46,959 nucleotides of DNA. Origin: Pachysolen tannophilus NRRL Y-2460. Lineage: Eukaryota. Positions 10,101-20,110 of this stretch are shown piece by piece. A program made the translations under genes and the position numbers. Each line of letters starts with the position of its first letter. The stretch's first letter is position 1. The stretch lies in NCBI GenBank assembly GCA_001661245.1, contig KV454011.1, forward strand, positions 410,108-457,066. Reading direction: 5' to 3'. The notes under the pieces are model-generated. The model was not told where the DNA came from. It ran no database searches and worked only from the letters and a program-made list of their open reading frames with translations.

Positions 10101-12083
10101 CTTGCTTGTTAACCATACACCTGCAGAAATATGATCTTGAATTAAACCTCTTAATGGAGCACCAGATGTTGGTGTTAAATATTGAGAATCTGTGTTAGCT
10201 AAATTCAATGCTTCAGCTTTAGCATTTTCATTTTGGGGGAAGTGCATATTCATTTCATCACCATCAAAATCAGCGTTATAAGCACCGGTATTGGCGTAGT
10301 GTAATCTTAAAGTTTTTTCTCCTGGCAATACTCTGACCTTATGACCCATCATAGAAGCCTTGTGCAAAGTTGGTTGACGATTCATGATTACCACATCGTT
10401 GTTTTTAATATGACGATAAACTTTTTTATTAACGATATCAGATCCATTTGTTGGTGTCAATAATTGATTGGCAATAGCTGTTCTTTGTTCTAAAGTCATT
10501 CCTATCAAGGAAACTAAAGAACCATCTTCATTTTGAACATGAAGAGCACCTGGCCAAACATCAGGACCATTTATCACAGCCTGACGAAGTGATGAAACAT
10601 TATGAGGTGTAACTGGTTCTGGGTATGACAATTTTTTAGCAAAAACTGGAGGAACACCAATTTCATTTGTTTCAATCATAGGATCTGGTGAGATCACAGA
10701 ACGAGCAGCATAGTTGACTCTTTTACCCATCATATGTTTTCTGAATAAACCTTCTTTTTTCTCCAAGGCTTGTTTAATACCAGGGGTTGGATTTCTTGAA
10801 GCATTTTGGTTCTGATTCTTGGAAGAATCGATAAATGCATTAACATCATTTTGTATTGTGACAAATGCATTCATTAATCTATTAAATAAAATTTTTCTTT
10901 CTTCAACAGAAGTTTTCTCTTTTTGTAAAGATGAAATTTGTTCATTTAAATCTCTAATGAATAAAGACGTTGTTAAAACTTTTGATAATAATTCATTTTG
11001 TACGTTTTCATGAACATCATCTCCCAATTTAGTAGGGAGTCTGAATCTTGTTGGAGGTACAACTAATGCTTGGATAAAGAAAATATCTGAACTAATTTTT
11101 ATTTTGTGACTTTGTGGTCTTGAATTAAATAAGTAATAAATGACAGATTGTTCTTTTTTGAAAACTGATCTTAAGATATTTCTAATTTCAGTAGACAACA
11201 CATATTTAGATCCTACCTTATGCCTAAGACTTGGCATTGTGTCATTGACCTGTGAACCTGAACCTGAACCGGATCCATTTTTTAACATATCTCTTCTCAG
11301 TAAACCTTTAACTCTATTATTTGCAATTTGTTTATCTTTTAAAGCATTTTCAAAAATTTTTGTGAACCCATCTTTTCTAAAAGCTGGGGAATACATTCCA
11401 CAATTATCACATTTTGGTCTACTTAATAATCTTTTATAAAAATCATGAACTAATTTTTTTCTTTCTTCACCAACGGTGGCCGTGTGTAATCCATACTTGG
11501 TTGTAGTACCATTACTAATAGCCTTGGCAATTGATTCGTTGACATACAGCTCTCTACGTCCCATCAATTCCTTTTCAATTCCGGAATTACCATTTGAAGT
11601 ATGGAATCCATCTTCTTCTTCACCTTCTTCCGCTTGTGAATCATTCTCATTAGCACCTTCAAGATGGAAATTATCAATCTCAGCGGCTTCTAATATTAAA
11701 CCATATTGTAATAATTTCAACTTGCTCTTAATTTTATGCACTTCTAAAGCCTTCAATCTAAAAGAATGACAATATAAACATGCAGACCTCAAGAAAATGT
11801 ATAATTGGTTGAAAAACAATGGGTTATACACAGGTACTGGTAATTCAATATGACCTTGATGACCAGGACAAAACTTTTCATCCAACCCACAAGTACCACA
11901 TAAATTCCTCAAAAAAGCTCCCAAAGCTAAATCATACAAACCGCCATTTATAGGATGTCCTAAATTATCGAAAACTGTAGGGTTTGTTATTTGTTTCGCC
12001 GATAATTTTCTGATTTCATTGGCGCTTAATATACCAAAATCAACAGATGTGATTTCAGAACCAACTGGCTTCGAAATATCCAT
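7113..12083 (-). CDS. RPA190: RNA polymerase I largest subunit A190
   Basis: True start MDISKPVGSEI at 12083. Zn-binding C-x2-C...CPGHQGH, GKRVNYAARSVI and catalytic YNADFDGDEMN motifs, an acidic Pol I-type insertion, and C-terminal VGTGSFDVL. Confidence 0.98.
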   Translation of the reverse strand: MDISKPVGSEITSVDFGILSANEIRKLSAKQITNPTVFDNLGHPINGGLYDLALGAFLRNLCGTCGLDEKFCPGHQGHIELPVPVYNPLFFNQLYIFLRSACLYCHSFRLKALEVHKIKSKLKLLQYGLILEAAEIDNFHLEGANENDSQAEEGEEEDGFHTSNGNSGIEKELMGRRELYVNESIAKAISNGTTTKYGLHTATVGEERKKLVHDFYKRLLSRPKCDNCGMYSPAFRKDGFTKIFENALKDKQIANNRVKGLLRRDMLKNGSGSGSGSQVNDTMPSLRHKVGSKYVLSTEIRNILRSVFKKEQSVIYYLFNSRPQSHKIKISSDIFFIQALVVPPTRFRLPTKLGDDVHENVQNELLSKVLTTSLFIRDLNEQISSLQKEKTSVEERKILFNRLMNAFVTIQNDVNAFIDSSKNQNQNASRNPTPGIKQALEKKEGLFRKHMMGKRVNYAARSVISPDPMIETNEIGVPPVFAKKLSYPEPVTPHNVSSLRQAVINGPDVWPGALHVQNEDGSLVSLIGMTLEQRTAIANQLLTPTNGSDIVNKKVYRHIKNNDVVIMNRQPTLHKASMMGHKVRVLPGEKTLRLHYANTGAYNADFDGDEMNMHFPQNENAKAEALNLANTDSQYLTPTSGAPLRGLIQDHISAGVWLTSKDSFFTREKYQQLIYGCIRPEDGHSTRNRIITVRPAIIKPEPLWTGKQVITTILLNIKPEDMPGVNLISKNKIKSDYWGASSTENDVIFKNGELICGILDKSQYGASKFGIIHSLHEVYGPSVAGKALSVLGRLFTNYITMTGFTCGMDDLRLTDEGNNWRNDILKTSVEIGRIAAAEVTNLSSDIDHQDPELLKRLEEILRDDIKSGILDAITQSKVNSITSQVVSKCVPEGTMKRFPYNSMQAMALSGAKGSNVNVSQIMCLLGQQALEGRRVPTMVSGKTLPSFKPFETDARAGGYIKGRFYSGIRPQEYYFHCMAGREGLIDTAVKTSRSGYLQRCLTKQFEGVHVSYDNTVRDGDSTLIQFLYGGDSVDVTKESHMYEFKFCAENYDSLLKKYNPGELIEHLDTETALRYSKKVRKHMKKIGSLPHYSQDDKYDPVLSVYNPSKFLGSVSESFQKHLDQFIDENPNLFASSKDAKQSGALTEKKFRALMQLKYMKSLINPGEAVGIIASQSIGEPSTQMTLNTFHFAGHGAANVTLGIPRMREIIMTASSSIKTPQMTLPILDDVSDEQADTFCKSVARITLAEFIDKVTVTETTGASGDGGATARSYVIRITFYDCDEYAQEYDSSKQELEHVIVTKFLRQLESAIIKEVKKQKKPNSESLPTIGLAVPKSQTEITSDDRILPVKTNDGEDEADADDDKLRSNTKQAVSYDGPDEDELETMKAAEKSSDEEDNLSSDDDLSSDENDGKPNDKMDIDEPETKTLKLSKLARDREQEVITQHHLISKFNFDDERGSWCKFKLDLSAETQKLLMVNIVEQLCNEVVVREIPNIGRCVHPEPEKGKRVLVTEGVNFQALWEQEDFVDVNGITSNDVAAVLRTYGVEAARNTIVNEINNVFGRYAITVSSRHLDLIGDMMTREGTYLAFNRQGIDSSTSPFMKMSYETTCLFLTKAVLDNDREDLDSPSSRIVVGKLSKVGTGSFDVLAKMPPVN

Positions 12084-12248
12084 TTTCAACAAACCAAAAA
12101 AAAAAAAAAAAAAAAAGTAAAAATGAAAAGAGTCAACCAGCAATCTCCAGTAACCTTTTCAAACTACTAACTTTTCCTGTTTGTTTTACAGTTTGGTTGT
12201 ATGCTATTCTATTTTTTTCGATGAATTGAATTAAGAAGATGAACCTTT

Positions 12249-12302
12249 AAAATTTTTCAGTTTTTTAGAGAAATAAATTTTTTTTAATGCATGAAAAAAT
12301 TT
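12249..12302. promoter_or_regulatory. RRPE-like ribosome-biogenesis motifs upstream of RPA190
   Basis: AAAATTTTTCA at 12249-12259 (reverse complement TGAAAAATTTT) and TGAAAAAATTT at 12292-12302, 170-220 bp upstream of a Ribi gene. The AT-rich background limits specificity. Confidence 0.55.
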
Positions 12303-12471
12303 AGTAAAAAAAAAAAAAAAAAAAAAAAATTAAAAATTTCCAAAAAAGTAAAATTCCCAATTTGGAAGTCCAATTACAGTTGCCTAGTTTAGAATATGTG
12401 CTAGATGCACACTACTTTGTATTATCTATAAAATTTCTTATGTATTGTACTAGTAGTTGTAGTAGAGGGTT

Positions 12472-15400
12472 TTAGTTACAAATTCTTTTGACACAATTGT
12501 CCAAGTCGTTGTTGTACCATTCCATTAGTCTCTTCTTACTATTTTCGTTTTTATTGTTATCAGCACATACTTTAAACCTTAGCATTAGCTTTTGGTAATC
12601 AATGATACTCTGTTCATTTAGTAATTTTTCTCTGGTTAGCCTTTTTTTATTTTCATTTGAAATTTTGAATGCATTGAATTTTTGCAAATTCTGTTCCAGA
12701 TTAGCTAATATACCAAAACTTTTAATGAGTAAATCAACACCACCATCTATTTCTTGAATCTTCGAAAGAGTTTGTAAAATCAAAGTCCTTAGATTAGGAG
12801 CTATATAATTAGATTGGCTCAAGTTCAAAATCCATTCAATATAACCAGTTTTAATTAAAATTTTCAAATCTTTTGAAGTCTTTAAACTTTTAATGGTGGA
12901 ATCTAATAACCAATTAATTTGCTTATAATAATTTTCATTTTCTTCTGCGGAATCATCAGGATTGGCAATGTATTTGAACAACGGTAAATCGTTGGTTTTA
13001 AATTTATTAGAGTTTAATAAATAGCGACAAGATTTCTCGTACAAAAAATGTCCCGGATTATTTAATATTGGAATTAATCTTGAAATCATTATGAGAGTTA
13101 ATGGAGGAATTGAATTTTCAGTACTCTCGCTTTCCCTTAAAGTATTTAATAAGTTGTTCAAATAAACTTTGAAAACTTTATATTCTTTTTCGTTTTTCTC
13201 AATTGATCTCAATAAATTCAAAATCACAATTTTAACAATCTTTATTAAATTCAAATTTATATTTGCTAAATTCATGACAATATATTGTAATAATTTCGAA
13301 TCAAGAATTTTCTTAAAATGGAGTAAACTATGATCATCCTCTTTGGTCACTAATTCATCGTTGCTAATTATCAACATAATTAGAAATTCGGGATCGTAAA
13401 TGGTTGATTGATAACGGTTTCCAGTCTTATTGAAATTCAACATGATTGTCATATGCTCATGGAAATCATTCAAGTAATCCCAATTTTTAGATATACCAAT
13501 CATTTTATTAGAAGCAATCTTAGGAGCTTTGAAATTTTCAATGTGATAATCATCGATACTATTATTGAGAAATTTCTTGCTGAGATTTACCATTAGACCG
13601 TTAACATTATCAAGAACCACTAGCCTCGATTCACCAATTAATTCTATCTCGTCATTGGATAATTCTTCTGTAAATTCCCAGTTATTTACCCTATCGATCC
13701 ATGATTTGGAAAGATTAGCTTCAAGCTGAATTAAAATTTCTTTTAATATTAAATCTTCAGCTCTCAAAGATCCAAGATAAAATAATAATACCTTTTCCTG
13801 AGTAGCAACACTGGAGTTTTTAGCTGCATCAAATTCAAATAATTGCCAAATAATTAACGAAGAATAATAACGAGAACGAGAATAGTGCAAATGAGGAAAA
13901 CCCAATAGCACGTTGGTTTCATTATTAATAAAAATTTGAAATAATTTTGAAAATTCAATCATTTTTTTGTATTCAGCAGCTGATAACAAAATTAAGTTAA
14001 TATACTCTAACACATTCTCATCACAAACCCATTCACTATTAAGAATGACTTCTAGTTGTGTGTTCAAAACCGCAGAAGGGATATAGTTCCAAACATTTAG
14101 ATTAAATATAATTGATTTCATTGATTTCAAAAAATTCATAAAATTTGACGACAATGATTCTGATTCTGAAAATTTTTTAGTAACGTACAACATAGCTTTG
14201 TTCAACCATAGTCTAATAACATTATTAGAGTCCGTTCCAATGTTTTTAGAAATTAATTCAACAAACTCAAATGAAAAGATATAACTTGCATTTGTGACAA
14301 TCTTACTAGAACCTAATAAACTGTTTAAAATCCTTGAAATCTCATCCTTAGCAAGAAATTCAATCGAATTGTTGACTAACCTTAAATAATCTTTGATATA
14401 ATTATTCAAATCTTGAGTCTCGGTATTATTCAAAAATTCACAGAAATCGTCAATAGTGATATTAATAATTTTAGACAAAAATTTTGGAACCAAAGAACTG
14501 CTGCTAGAATTCGATATTGAAGAACCAACAAATATATACAAAGATTTATGTTGTTCAAGATCATCTTTTTCCATTAATGTTTCAATAAATGGCTCTAATA
14601 AATTCGGTTTCAGTTTAAGAATGGCTCTGATTATTGGATAATAATTGTCATTGCTAATGCTGAATTCAAAAGCATCAAATAAAATTTTACTGAATAACGA
14701 CTCATTTTTATCAACTACTAATTGCTTATCAATAATTTCAGCTAATAACAGAGCATTATTCTCAGATAATAATTCAATTATTTCATTTGTAGAAAGTTTC
14801 AGGTTTCGTTCAATGTTAACGTTGAGAATTAATGGTTTTAAAATCTTTATCTTACTGATTTTTAATAATTCTCTCAAGTCAGCATCCTGTAGACACCATA
14901 AACAACTTCCGATTAACAATTCAACACTTTGAGGTAAAGTGATATTATTTCCGCCAGACAAAGATAATAACTCCATAACATGTTTACTAAATTCATTGTC
15001 CTTATTCACTTTCAACTGGGAGAAAATTTCGTTAATTAAACCACTTACATAAATTAATTTTTCGTTCACAATTTCAATATCACTTATAAATAAATCTTTC
15101 CAAAATTTTTTATTATTGATAAAGAATGTTACATCATCGAGTGAAATCAAATAGTTACCTAATTTTGAACACATCTCTATCAAAATCTCTTGTACGTTGC
15201 TATCATATTTCAAATTATCATCCTGAATAATAAATTTCAATCTCGTTACTAAACCAATCAAATCCCAATTGTTGAATGGAATCTTGTTGTTTTTTAACAT
15301 TTTTTTCAACGGCGTAGTTAATACGTATTCAAAAAATGAATCATCATTCTCAAAAGGACCCTCGTTAATTTTTGCTATTTTCGACTCATAATTATTATGG

Positions 15401-17661
15401 TCTAATAAAGGATCATTTCTATCTATAAACTTAATATCATAGCTTTCACGGGCTAATTTAATCAAATCATCTATTGGTTCGCCAATAATGGATAAATATC
15501 TTATAAATAAAACTAACCATATTTTTATATTTTTGTCATTTTCAATAAAAGCCCATTGTTCAAAAAGAGTAACTACGAAAGGACTAATCACTTCTTTGTC
15601 ATTCACACTTCTCGACTTATCCAAGTATTTATATGGAGCTCTTACGCATCTTGAAATTGATTCATCTATCAAAGTCCAAATTTTAGTTCTTTCTTTATCA
15701 TCAGTTATAAGATTGAATGACAATTCCAACGAATGCAATAATGGTAAGATCTGTGAGTATAATACTTTTCCCGAAGTGAAAATAATGGTACTATTTGTTA
15801 AATTCTCCAATAAAGTTATAATCTTGTTGTTTATGGAAGATGAATTGAAATTATTCAATACTGTTAGTTTAATTAAGCTTGTGAAAAAAGAATTTGAAGT
15901 TCCATTAAAATTCCACCACTTATAAATGGAATTTGTTGAAGAAGTTGAATCATTATATAATTGCAAATAATTATCTAATAGTATGATGTCTATGCTTTGT
16001 AAATTTTTTTCATCTTCCAAGACATTAATATAAATTTGATTTGGAATTTGGAAATTATTTGACATGCTTAATGATGGGAAAGTAGTCAAATAATGTTTGA
16101 TAATCATTGTTAATGAAAGCATTAAAAGTTTATCTGTATTTTTATTATTATTTTTCACCAAATCACTCAAGGTAGTTATCATTATGCTTAAATCAGGTAA
16201 ATATTTAGATATCAAATTATCAATAATTTGAGCTTTAATTTGAACAATGGTACTATTATCATGGAAAAAATTTAACAATTCCAATATTGAATCTAATTTT
16301 TTAAAAATATGGAGTACTAATTGGGAAACAATTTGTTTTATAAATAATGATTCACTTTGAAAACCTTTTATTAAAGACGTCTTTGTAATCGGAGAAGGTA
16401 CAATACTTTCCATAATTAAACTAAAATCCAAATCAGCTTGTTCTTCTGTATTTAATAAAGAAAGACGATCATATAAATTTTCATCTATTGGTGTTGAAAT
16501 AACGTTTATTAAAAACAAAGTTTGTCCAATCCAAAATGAAGATAATCTTGGTTCATTAGAACCATGGAGTTGAAATAAATAATTCATCAATGGCAGAACT
16601 AATTCTGAAGATTTACGTAAAACTTTGATAGCTAATTGTTGTTGTAAATCATCTTCCCATGGTTTCAAGTTTGTAAGTAAGGTATAGATTAATTTGTTGT
16701 GAATTTTGAAAACTTTTTCATTTGCCTTAATAGGAGCTCCACTTCCATTATCTAAAGTAACAGTGCTACTGCTACTGATGCTGCTACCACTGATACCACT
16801 ACTAATGGTCTTTGACCATATTTTGTTACTATCTTGAAAAACTATACCATATTTATCATCTGTGGTTAAAGTAATTAAAAATTCATGTACTTTTTCCCTG
16901 AGTTCGGGAATACCATATAAACTAATTAACTTAATTAATACCGGTTCATTGAAAATCTTACATTTAGTTGTCTTTTTAAAATTCAATTCTTTTAAAATTT
17001 TTAAATCCAAGACATTTAAAATTTCTAAAATGATTTCATTAGAATCTGTATTTAAAAATTTGAAAAAATTTATTAATATTCTTTTATTATTAATCATTAA
17101 ATTTTTTCTTGTCAGAAAATTTGAATTTGAAATTAAAAGTAACCAAAATTTTATAAAATTAAATCTTATAGATGATTCTAATAAAGATTTTGGAGGTATT
17201 AATAATTTTGGCAATATAGCCAAATTTAAATCAAAATTATTTAAAAATTCTTCTACCAAGATTCCATTTTTAATTTTAATAATTAAATTCATCATTTGTA
17301 AAATTGGATTTGTCATTGATGGTCTTTGATTACTTAAACCTCTATATAATACTTTAGTATAATTTGTCAAGACATCTCTTATTACGACCAAACCATATTG
17401 AGTCAAATCTGCATGATCATTACAATATTCTAATAATTTAACAATATTCAAAGTTAAACGAGTGAAATTTTTATGATCATTTATTGTTGAATAATAAGAC
17501 CAAATGGTGATTATTTGATTTAACTTGTAGGAATCTTGGAAAAACAAAATGATGTCCTCCTTACTCTTTGTGAAAAGTGTATCCAACTTGGATAAAAGTT
17601 CATTGTCAATATTAATACTCGACTGAGAATACTGTGATTTCTTATTCTTTTTATTATCCAT
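12472..17661 (-). CDS. URB1: Nucleolar pre-60S ribosome biogenesis protein Urb1/Npa1
   Basis: 1729-aa helical protein. N-terminal Npa1-like region (IRFNFIKFWL, LKPWEDDLQQQL) and C-terminal NopRA1-like motifs (YDPEFLI, NPGHFLYEK). Confidence 0.88.
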   Translation of the reverse strand: MDNKKNKKSQYSQSSINIDNELLSKLDTLFTKSKEDIILFFQDSYKLNQIITIWSYYSTINDHKNFTRLTLNIVKLLEYCNDHADLTQYGLVVIRDVLTNYTKVLYRGLSNQRPSMTNPILQMMNLIIKIKNGILVEEFLNNFDLNLAILPKLLIPPKSLLESSIRFNFIKFWLLLISNSNFLTRKNLMINNKRILINFFKFLNTDSNEIILEILNVLDLKILKELNFKKTTKCKIFNEPVLIKLISLYGIPELREKVHEFLITLTTDDKYGIVFQDSNKIWSKTISSGISGSSISSSSTVTLDNGSGAPIKANEKVFKIHNKLIYTLLTNLKPWEDDLQQQLAIKVLRKSSELVLPLMNYLFQLHGSNEPRLSSFWIGQTLFLINVISTPIDENLYDRLSLLNTEEQADLDFSLIMESIVPSPITKTSLIKGFQSESLFIKQIVSQLVLHIFKKLDSILELLNFFHDNSTIVQIKAQIIDNLISKYLPDLSIMITTLSDLVKNNNKNTDKLLMLSLTMIIKHYLTTFPSLSMSNNFQIPNQIYINVLEDEKNLQSIDIILLDNYLQLYNDSTSSTNSIYKWWNFNGTSNSFFTSLIKLTVLNNFNSSSINNKIITLLENLTNSTIIFTSGKVLYSQILPLLHSLELSFNLITDDKERTKIWTLIDESISRCVRAPYKYLDKSRSVNDKEVISPFVVTLFEQWAFIENDKNIKIWLVLFIRYLSIIGEPIDDLIKLARESYDIKFIDRNDPLLDHNNYESKIAKINEGPFENDDSFFEYVLTTPLKKMLKNNKIPFNNWDLIGLVTRLKFIIQDDNLKYDSNVQEILIEMCSKLGNYLISLDDVTFFINNKKFWKDLFISDIEIVNEKLIYVSGLINEIFSQLKVNKDNEFSKHVMELLSLSGGNNITLPQSVELLIGSCLWCLQDADLRELLKISKIKILKPLILNVNIERNLKLSTNEIIELLSENNALLLAEIIDKQLVVDKNESLFSKILFDAFEFSISNDNYYPIIRAILKLKPNLLEPFIETLMEKDDLEQHKSLYIFVGSSISNSSSSSLVPKFLSKIINITIDDFCEFLNNTETQDLNNYIKDYLRLVNNSIEFLAKDEISRILNSLLGSSKIVTNASYIFSFEFVELISKNIGTDSNNVIRLWLNKAMLYVTKKFSESESLSSNFMNFLKSMKSIIFNLNVWNYIPSAVLNTQLEVILNSEWVCDENVLEYINLILLSAAEYKKMIEFSKLFQIFINNETNVLLGFPHLHYSRSRYYSSLIIWQLFEFDAAKNSSVATQEKVLLFYLGSLRAEDLILKEILIQLEANLSKSWIDRVNNWEFTEELSNDEIELIGESRLVVLDNVNGLMVNLSKKFLNNSIDDYHIENFKAPKIASNKMIGISKNWDYLNDFHEHMTIMLNFNKTGNRYQSTIYDPEFLIMLIISNDELVTKEDDHSLLHFKKILDSKLLQYIVMNLANINLNLIKIVKIVILNLLRSIEKNEKEYKVFKVYLNNLLNTLRESESTENSIPPLTLIMISRLIPILNNPGHFLYEKSCRYLLNSNKFKTNDLPLFKYIANPDDSAEENENYYKQINWLLDSTIKSLKTSKDLKILIKTGYIEWILNLSQSNYIAPNLRTLILQTLSKIQEIDGGVDLLIKSFGILANLEQNLQKFNAFKISNENKKRLTREKLLNEQSIIDYQKLMLRFKVCADNNKNENSKKRLMEWYNNDLDNCVKRICN

Positions 17662-17743
17662 TTATACAATTACAATTACAACTTCAAGTTCAAGTTCAAC
17701 TTAAAATATATATATATATATATATATATATTTACTATACGAC

Positions 17744-17750
17744 CTCATCT
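17744..17750 (-). promoter_or_regulatory. PAC-like motif (AGATGAG) upstream of URB1
   Basis: CTCATCT about 85 bp upstream of the URB1 ATG. The GATGAG core is the established PAC element of Ribi promoters. Confidence 0.55.
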
Positions 17751-17858
17751 CTCTATGTATTTACAATTTAAAAAAATTTTTTTTTGATTTTTTTTTTTAG
17801 TTTGAGAATAATGAATTATCATATAGGAAATTGTCAATAATACACACTACCTGGGATA

Positions 17859-18863
17859 TTACCATAGACTAACACCGTTACCATTTCCATGGTTCATATC
17901 GTTTGGGAAAGTTGGATTCTGGGCTGTGTTTGGTGTTAGCTGACCCATACCCATACCTCCACCATTGACGTTGCCACTGCCACTTCCACTTCCACTGCTA
18001 CTGCCTGCGCCGCCGCCACCAACACCACCACCACCACTAGCTGCTCTCGCCTGGTTTAATATTTGCTGTGGACTTAGTGCTTGGAGCCCATTGTTGATGG
18101 AAGGACTACCCACACTGTGCTGCAGTTGATGTTGCAGTTGGACTTGCAGTTGTTGAAATAGTTGCTGTTGGTGTTGTGGAGCAAGTTGCGGAACAAATTG
18201 TTGTGGTGTAGGCGCTGTTGAACCCATCGGACTTCCAAGGGCACTGGAATACGGTTTTTGCCCCACACCGTTACTAGATATATTGTTCCCACTGTCCATA
18301 AGCTGTTGTTGTTGTTGTTGTTGTTGTTGCTGTTGCTGTTGCTGTTGCTGTTGTTGTTGTCTGAGCATCAACAACCGTTTCTGGAAATACAGCACGCCCT
18401 CGGGGTATAGATGCTGCAAAGTATTATACAACTCGACCACCTCCGGCACATCCAGCGGTGGAGTCAAAATTTGCGGGAACTGAGGTTTGTTAGCCATATT
18501 AGCATTATCACCAGCACCACTTGTACCACTTGTACTACCATTAGCGCCAATGGCGGCAGCGGCGCTTTGCGCCGAATGCCGTTCATTTATTGTTGCTAAC
18601 ATTGTTAAATTACAATGTATTCTCTTTATATAATTCTGGAAATTCTCTTTCAACTGCTGGGGCCCATTATTACCATTATTCAGTAGAGTTTGTTGTAACA
18701 TTGAGCATTTTTGTATAAGAATTGAATTTATTGAAAGTAATATATGTATTCTTTTTTTATTTAGTTCAATTAAATTATTGGGAATACCAGCGTTGGGATT
18801 CCCAACGCTGTGGCCACTACTTGAATTACTATTCTCACTTAACTGTTGTTGAATCCCATTCAT
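17859..18863 (-). CDS. SNF11: Snf11/SS18-like (SSXT domain) Q-rich protein, probable SWI/SNF subunit
   Basis: ATG at 18863 (the track's 18866 start is GTG). RIHILLSINSILIQ...RIHCNLTMLATI resembles the SSXT helix pair. It is divergent from IPT1, as SNF11 (YDR073W) is from IPT1 (YDR072C) in S. cerevisiae. Confidence 0.65.
   Translation of the reverse strand: MNGIQQQLSENSNSSSGHSVGNPNAGIPNNLIELNKKRIHILLSINSILIQKCSMLQQTLLNNGNNGPQQLKENFQNYIKRIHCNLTMLATINERHSAQSAAAAIGANGSTSGTSGAGDNANMANKPQFPQILTPPLDVPEVVELYNTLQHLYPEGVLYFQKRLLMLRQQQQQQQQQQQQQQQQQQQLMDSGNNISSNGVGQKPYSSALGSPMGSTAPTPQQFVPQLAPQHQQQLFQQLQVQLQHQLQHSVGSPSINNGLQALSPQQILNQARAASGGGGVGGGGAGSSSGSGSGSGNVNGGGMGMGQLTPNTAQNPTFPNDMNHGNGNGVSLW
18303..18359 (-). 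repeat. CAA/CAG trinucleotide repeat encoding a 19-Gln tract
   Basis: Uninterrupted (ttg/ctg)n on the + strand, in frame in the SNF11-like gene. Confidence 0.95.
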
Positions 18864-19430
18864 CACTCAAAATCTCTTATTCTAATTAAACTAGTTAGTT
18901 TTTTCCCTTTGTTTCTATATTTTTTATATTTTTATATTTTTATATTTTCATGTTTGTTATTCTCCATTTTAAGAAAGTAGTGGCAAACATATCAAACCAA
19001 AATTGGAATTTTTGTAAAAAAATTTTTTTGTGGTAGTGCAGAAACCCACCTAACTACCTAAATGGGAAAACGTGTGGCACGGCAAAAACATGATACATAC
19101 ATACATACATATATACTTACATTATTGTTATCAATTACCAAATTACCAAATTACCAAATTTATCAAGTTACGTAATCGGTGGAAATTTTTTTTTTTTTTT
19201 TTTTTTTTTTTATTAAACAAAAAAAAAAAAAAAAACAAAACAAAAAACTTTGCCCTCGGACTTTAATAAAGAAGAAACAATTAAATTTTTTTTTTGCAAA
19301 ATAGTAAAAAAGCCTCTTTATGCACGAAAGAAAAAAATTACTAACAAAAAAAGACAAAAAAAAACAAAAAAAAAAGTTTATTACCTGAAAAATGCTTAGT
19401 TTATGGGATACTTTACTGTAAAATACTTAC

Positions 19431-19470
19431 AACACTGTAGTATACTGTAGTATATTGTAGTACACTGTAA
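19431..19470 (+). repeat. 10-bp tandem repeat x4 (consensus TAYAYTGTAG)
   Basis: aacactgtag tatactgtag tatattgtag tacactgtaa. Confidence 0.85.
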
Positions 19471-19736
19471 TTGTAGCATATTAGAATACTACATTATACA
19501 TATTTACATACTATTACTATTACTATTACTATAACAAACAATTTAATTATTTAAAAAAAAATTTTGGTATTATAGTTAATTTGGTATTATTCTTTGCGTC
19601 ACAGCAAAAGAGGCGCACAACACCAATTTTTTTATTTTCTTTTTTAGGTGACATTTCCGATTTTATTCATTCAATTTTCTTTTTCACAGTTATTATTACT
19701 GTTAATTTTTAATTTTTTCCTTAGTAAAATCTCCTC

Positions 19737-19767
<31 letters not shown>

Positions 19768-20110
19768 TTCTTTATTTCTTTTTAATAACATTGGCTTTGC
19801 TATATTTTCATTATATATATATATTTTTTTTTTTGGTGCCCTTAATTTTCCTTCGATACAGGGAAAGGTGTTTTCTTTTTTTTTTTTTATTTTTTTTTTT
19901 GGTTTTTTATTTTTTGGTTTTTTTGGTGTTTTTGTTAGTTTGATAACTTGTTATATTTTTTTGATTTCGGATTATCTAAAGCATCTATCTATCTATATAT
20001 ATATATATAAATATATATATATAAATATATATATTTATATATTTATATCTATGCAACTCGTTTTATCGCTAAAATTTTTCAAGAATCTATAATAATATAA
20101 TAATCAAGTA

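Noticed and set aside
12084..12143. N-terminal extension of RPA190 (similarly HXT, VPS28, CTP1 and LSM5)
   Set aside because: These rely on TTG/GTG starts and often run through homopolymer UTR sequence; the conserved protein begins at the downstream ATG.
7512..17329. Many 60-185-aa antisense or alternative-frame ORFs inside RPA190 and URB1, and within other genes
   Set aside because: Shadow ORFs expected from the codon structure of the real genes; no independent motifs.
19072..20092. Phe/Lys-rich short ORFs in intergenic DNA (also 24256-24553, 34680-34892, 42797-43021, 46699-46935)
   Set aside because: Translations of poly(T), poly(A) and (TA)n tracts.
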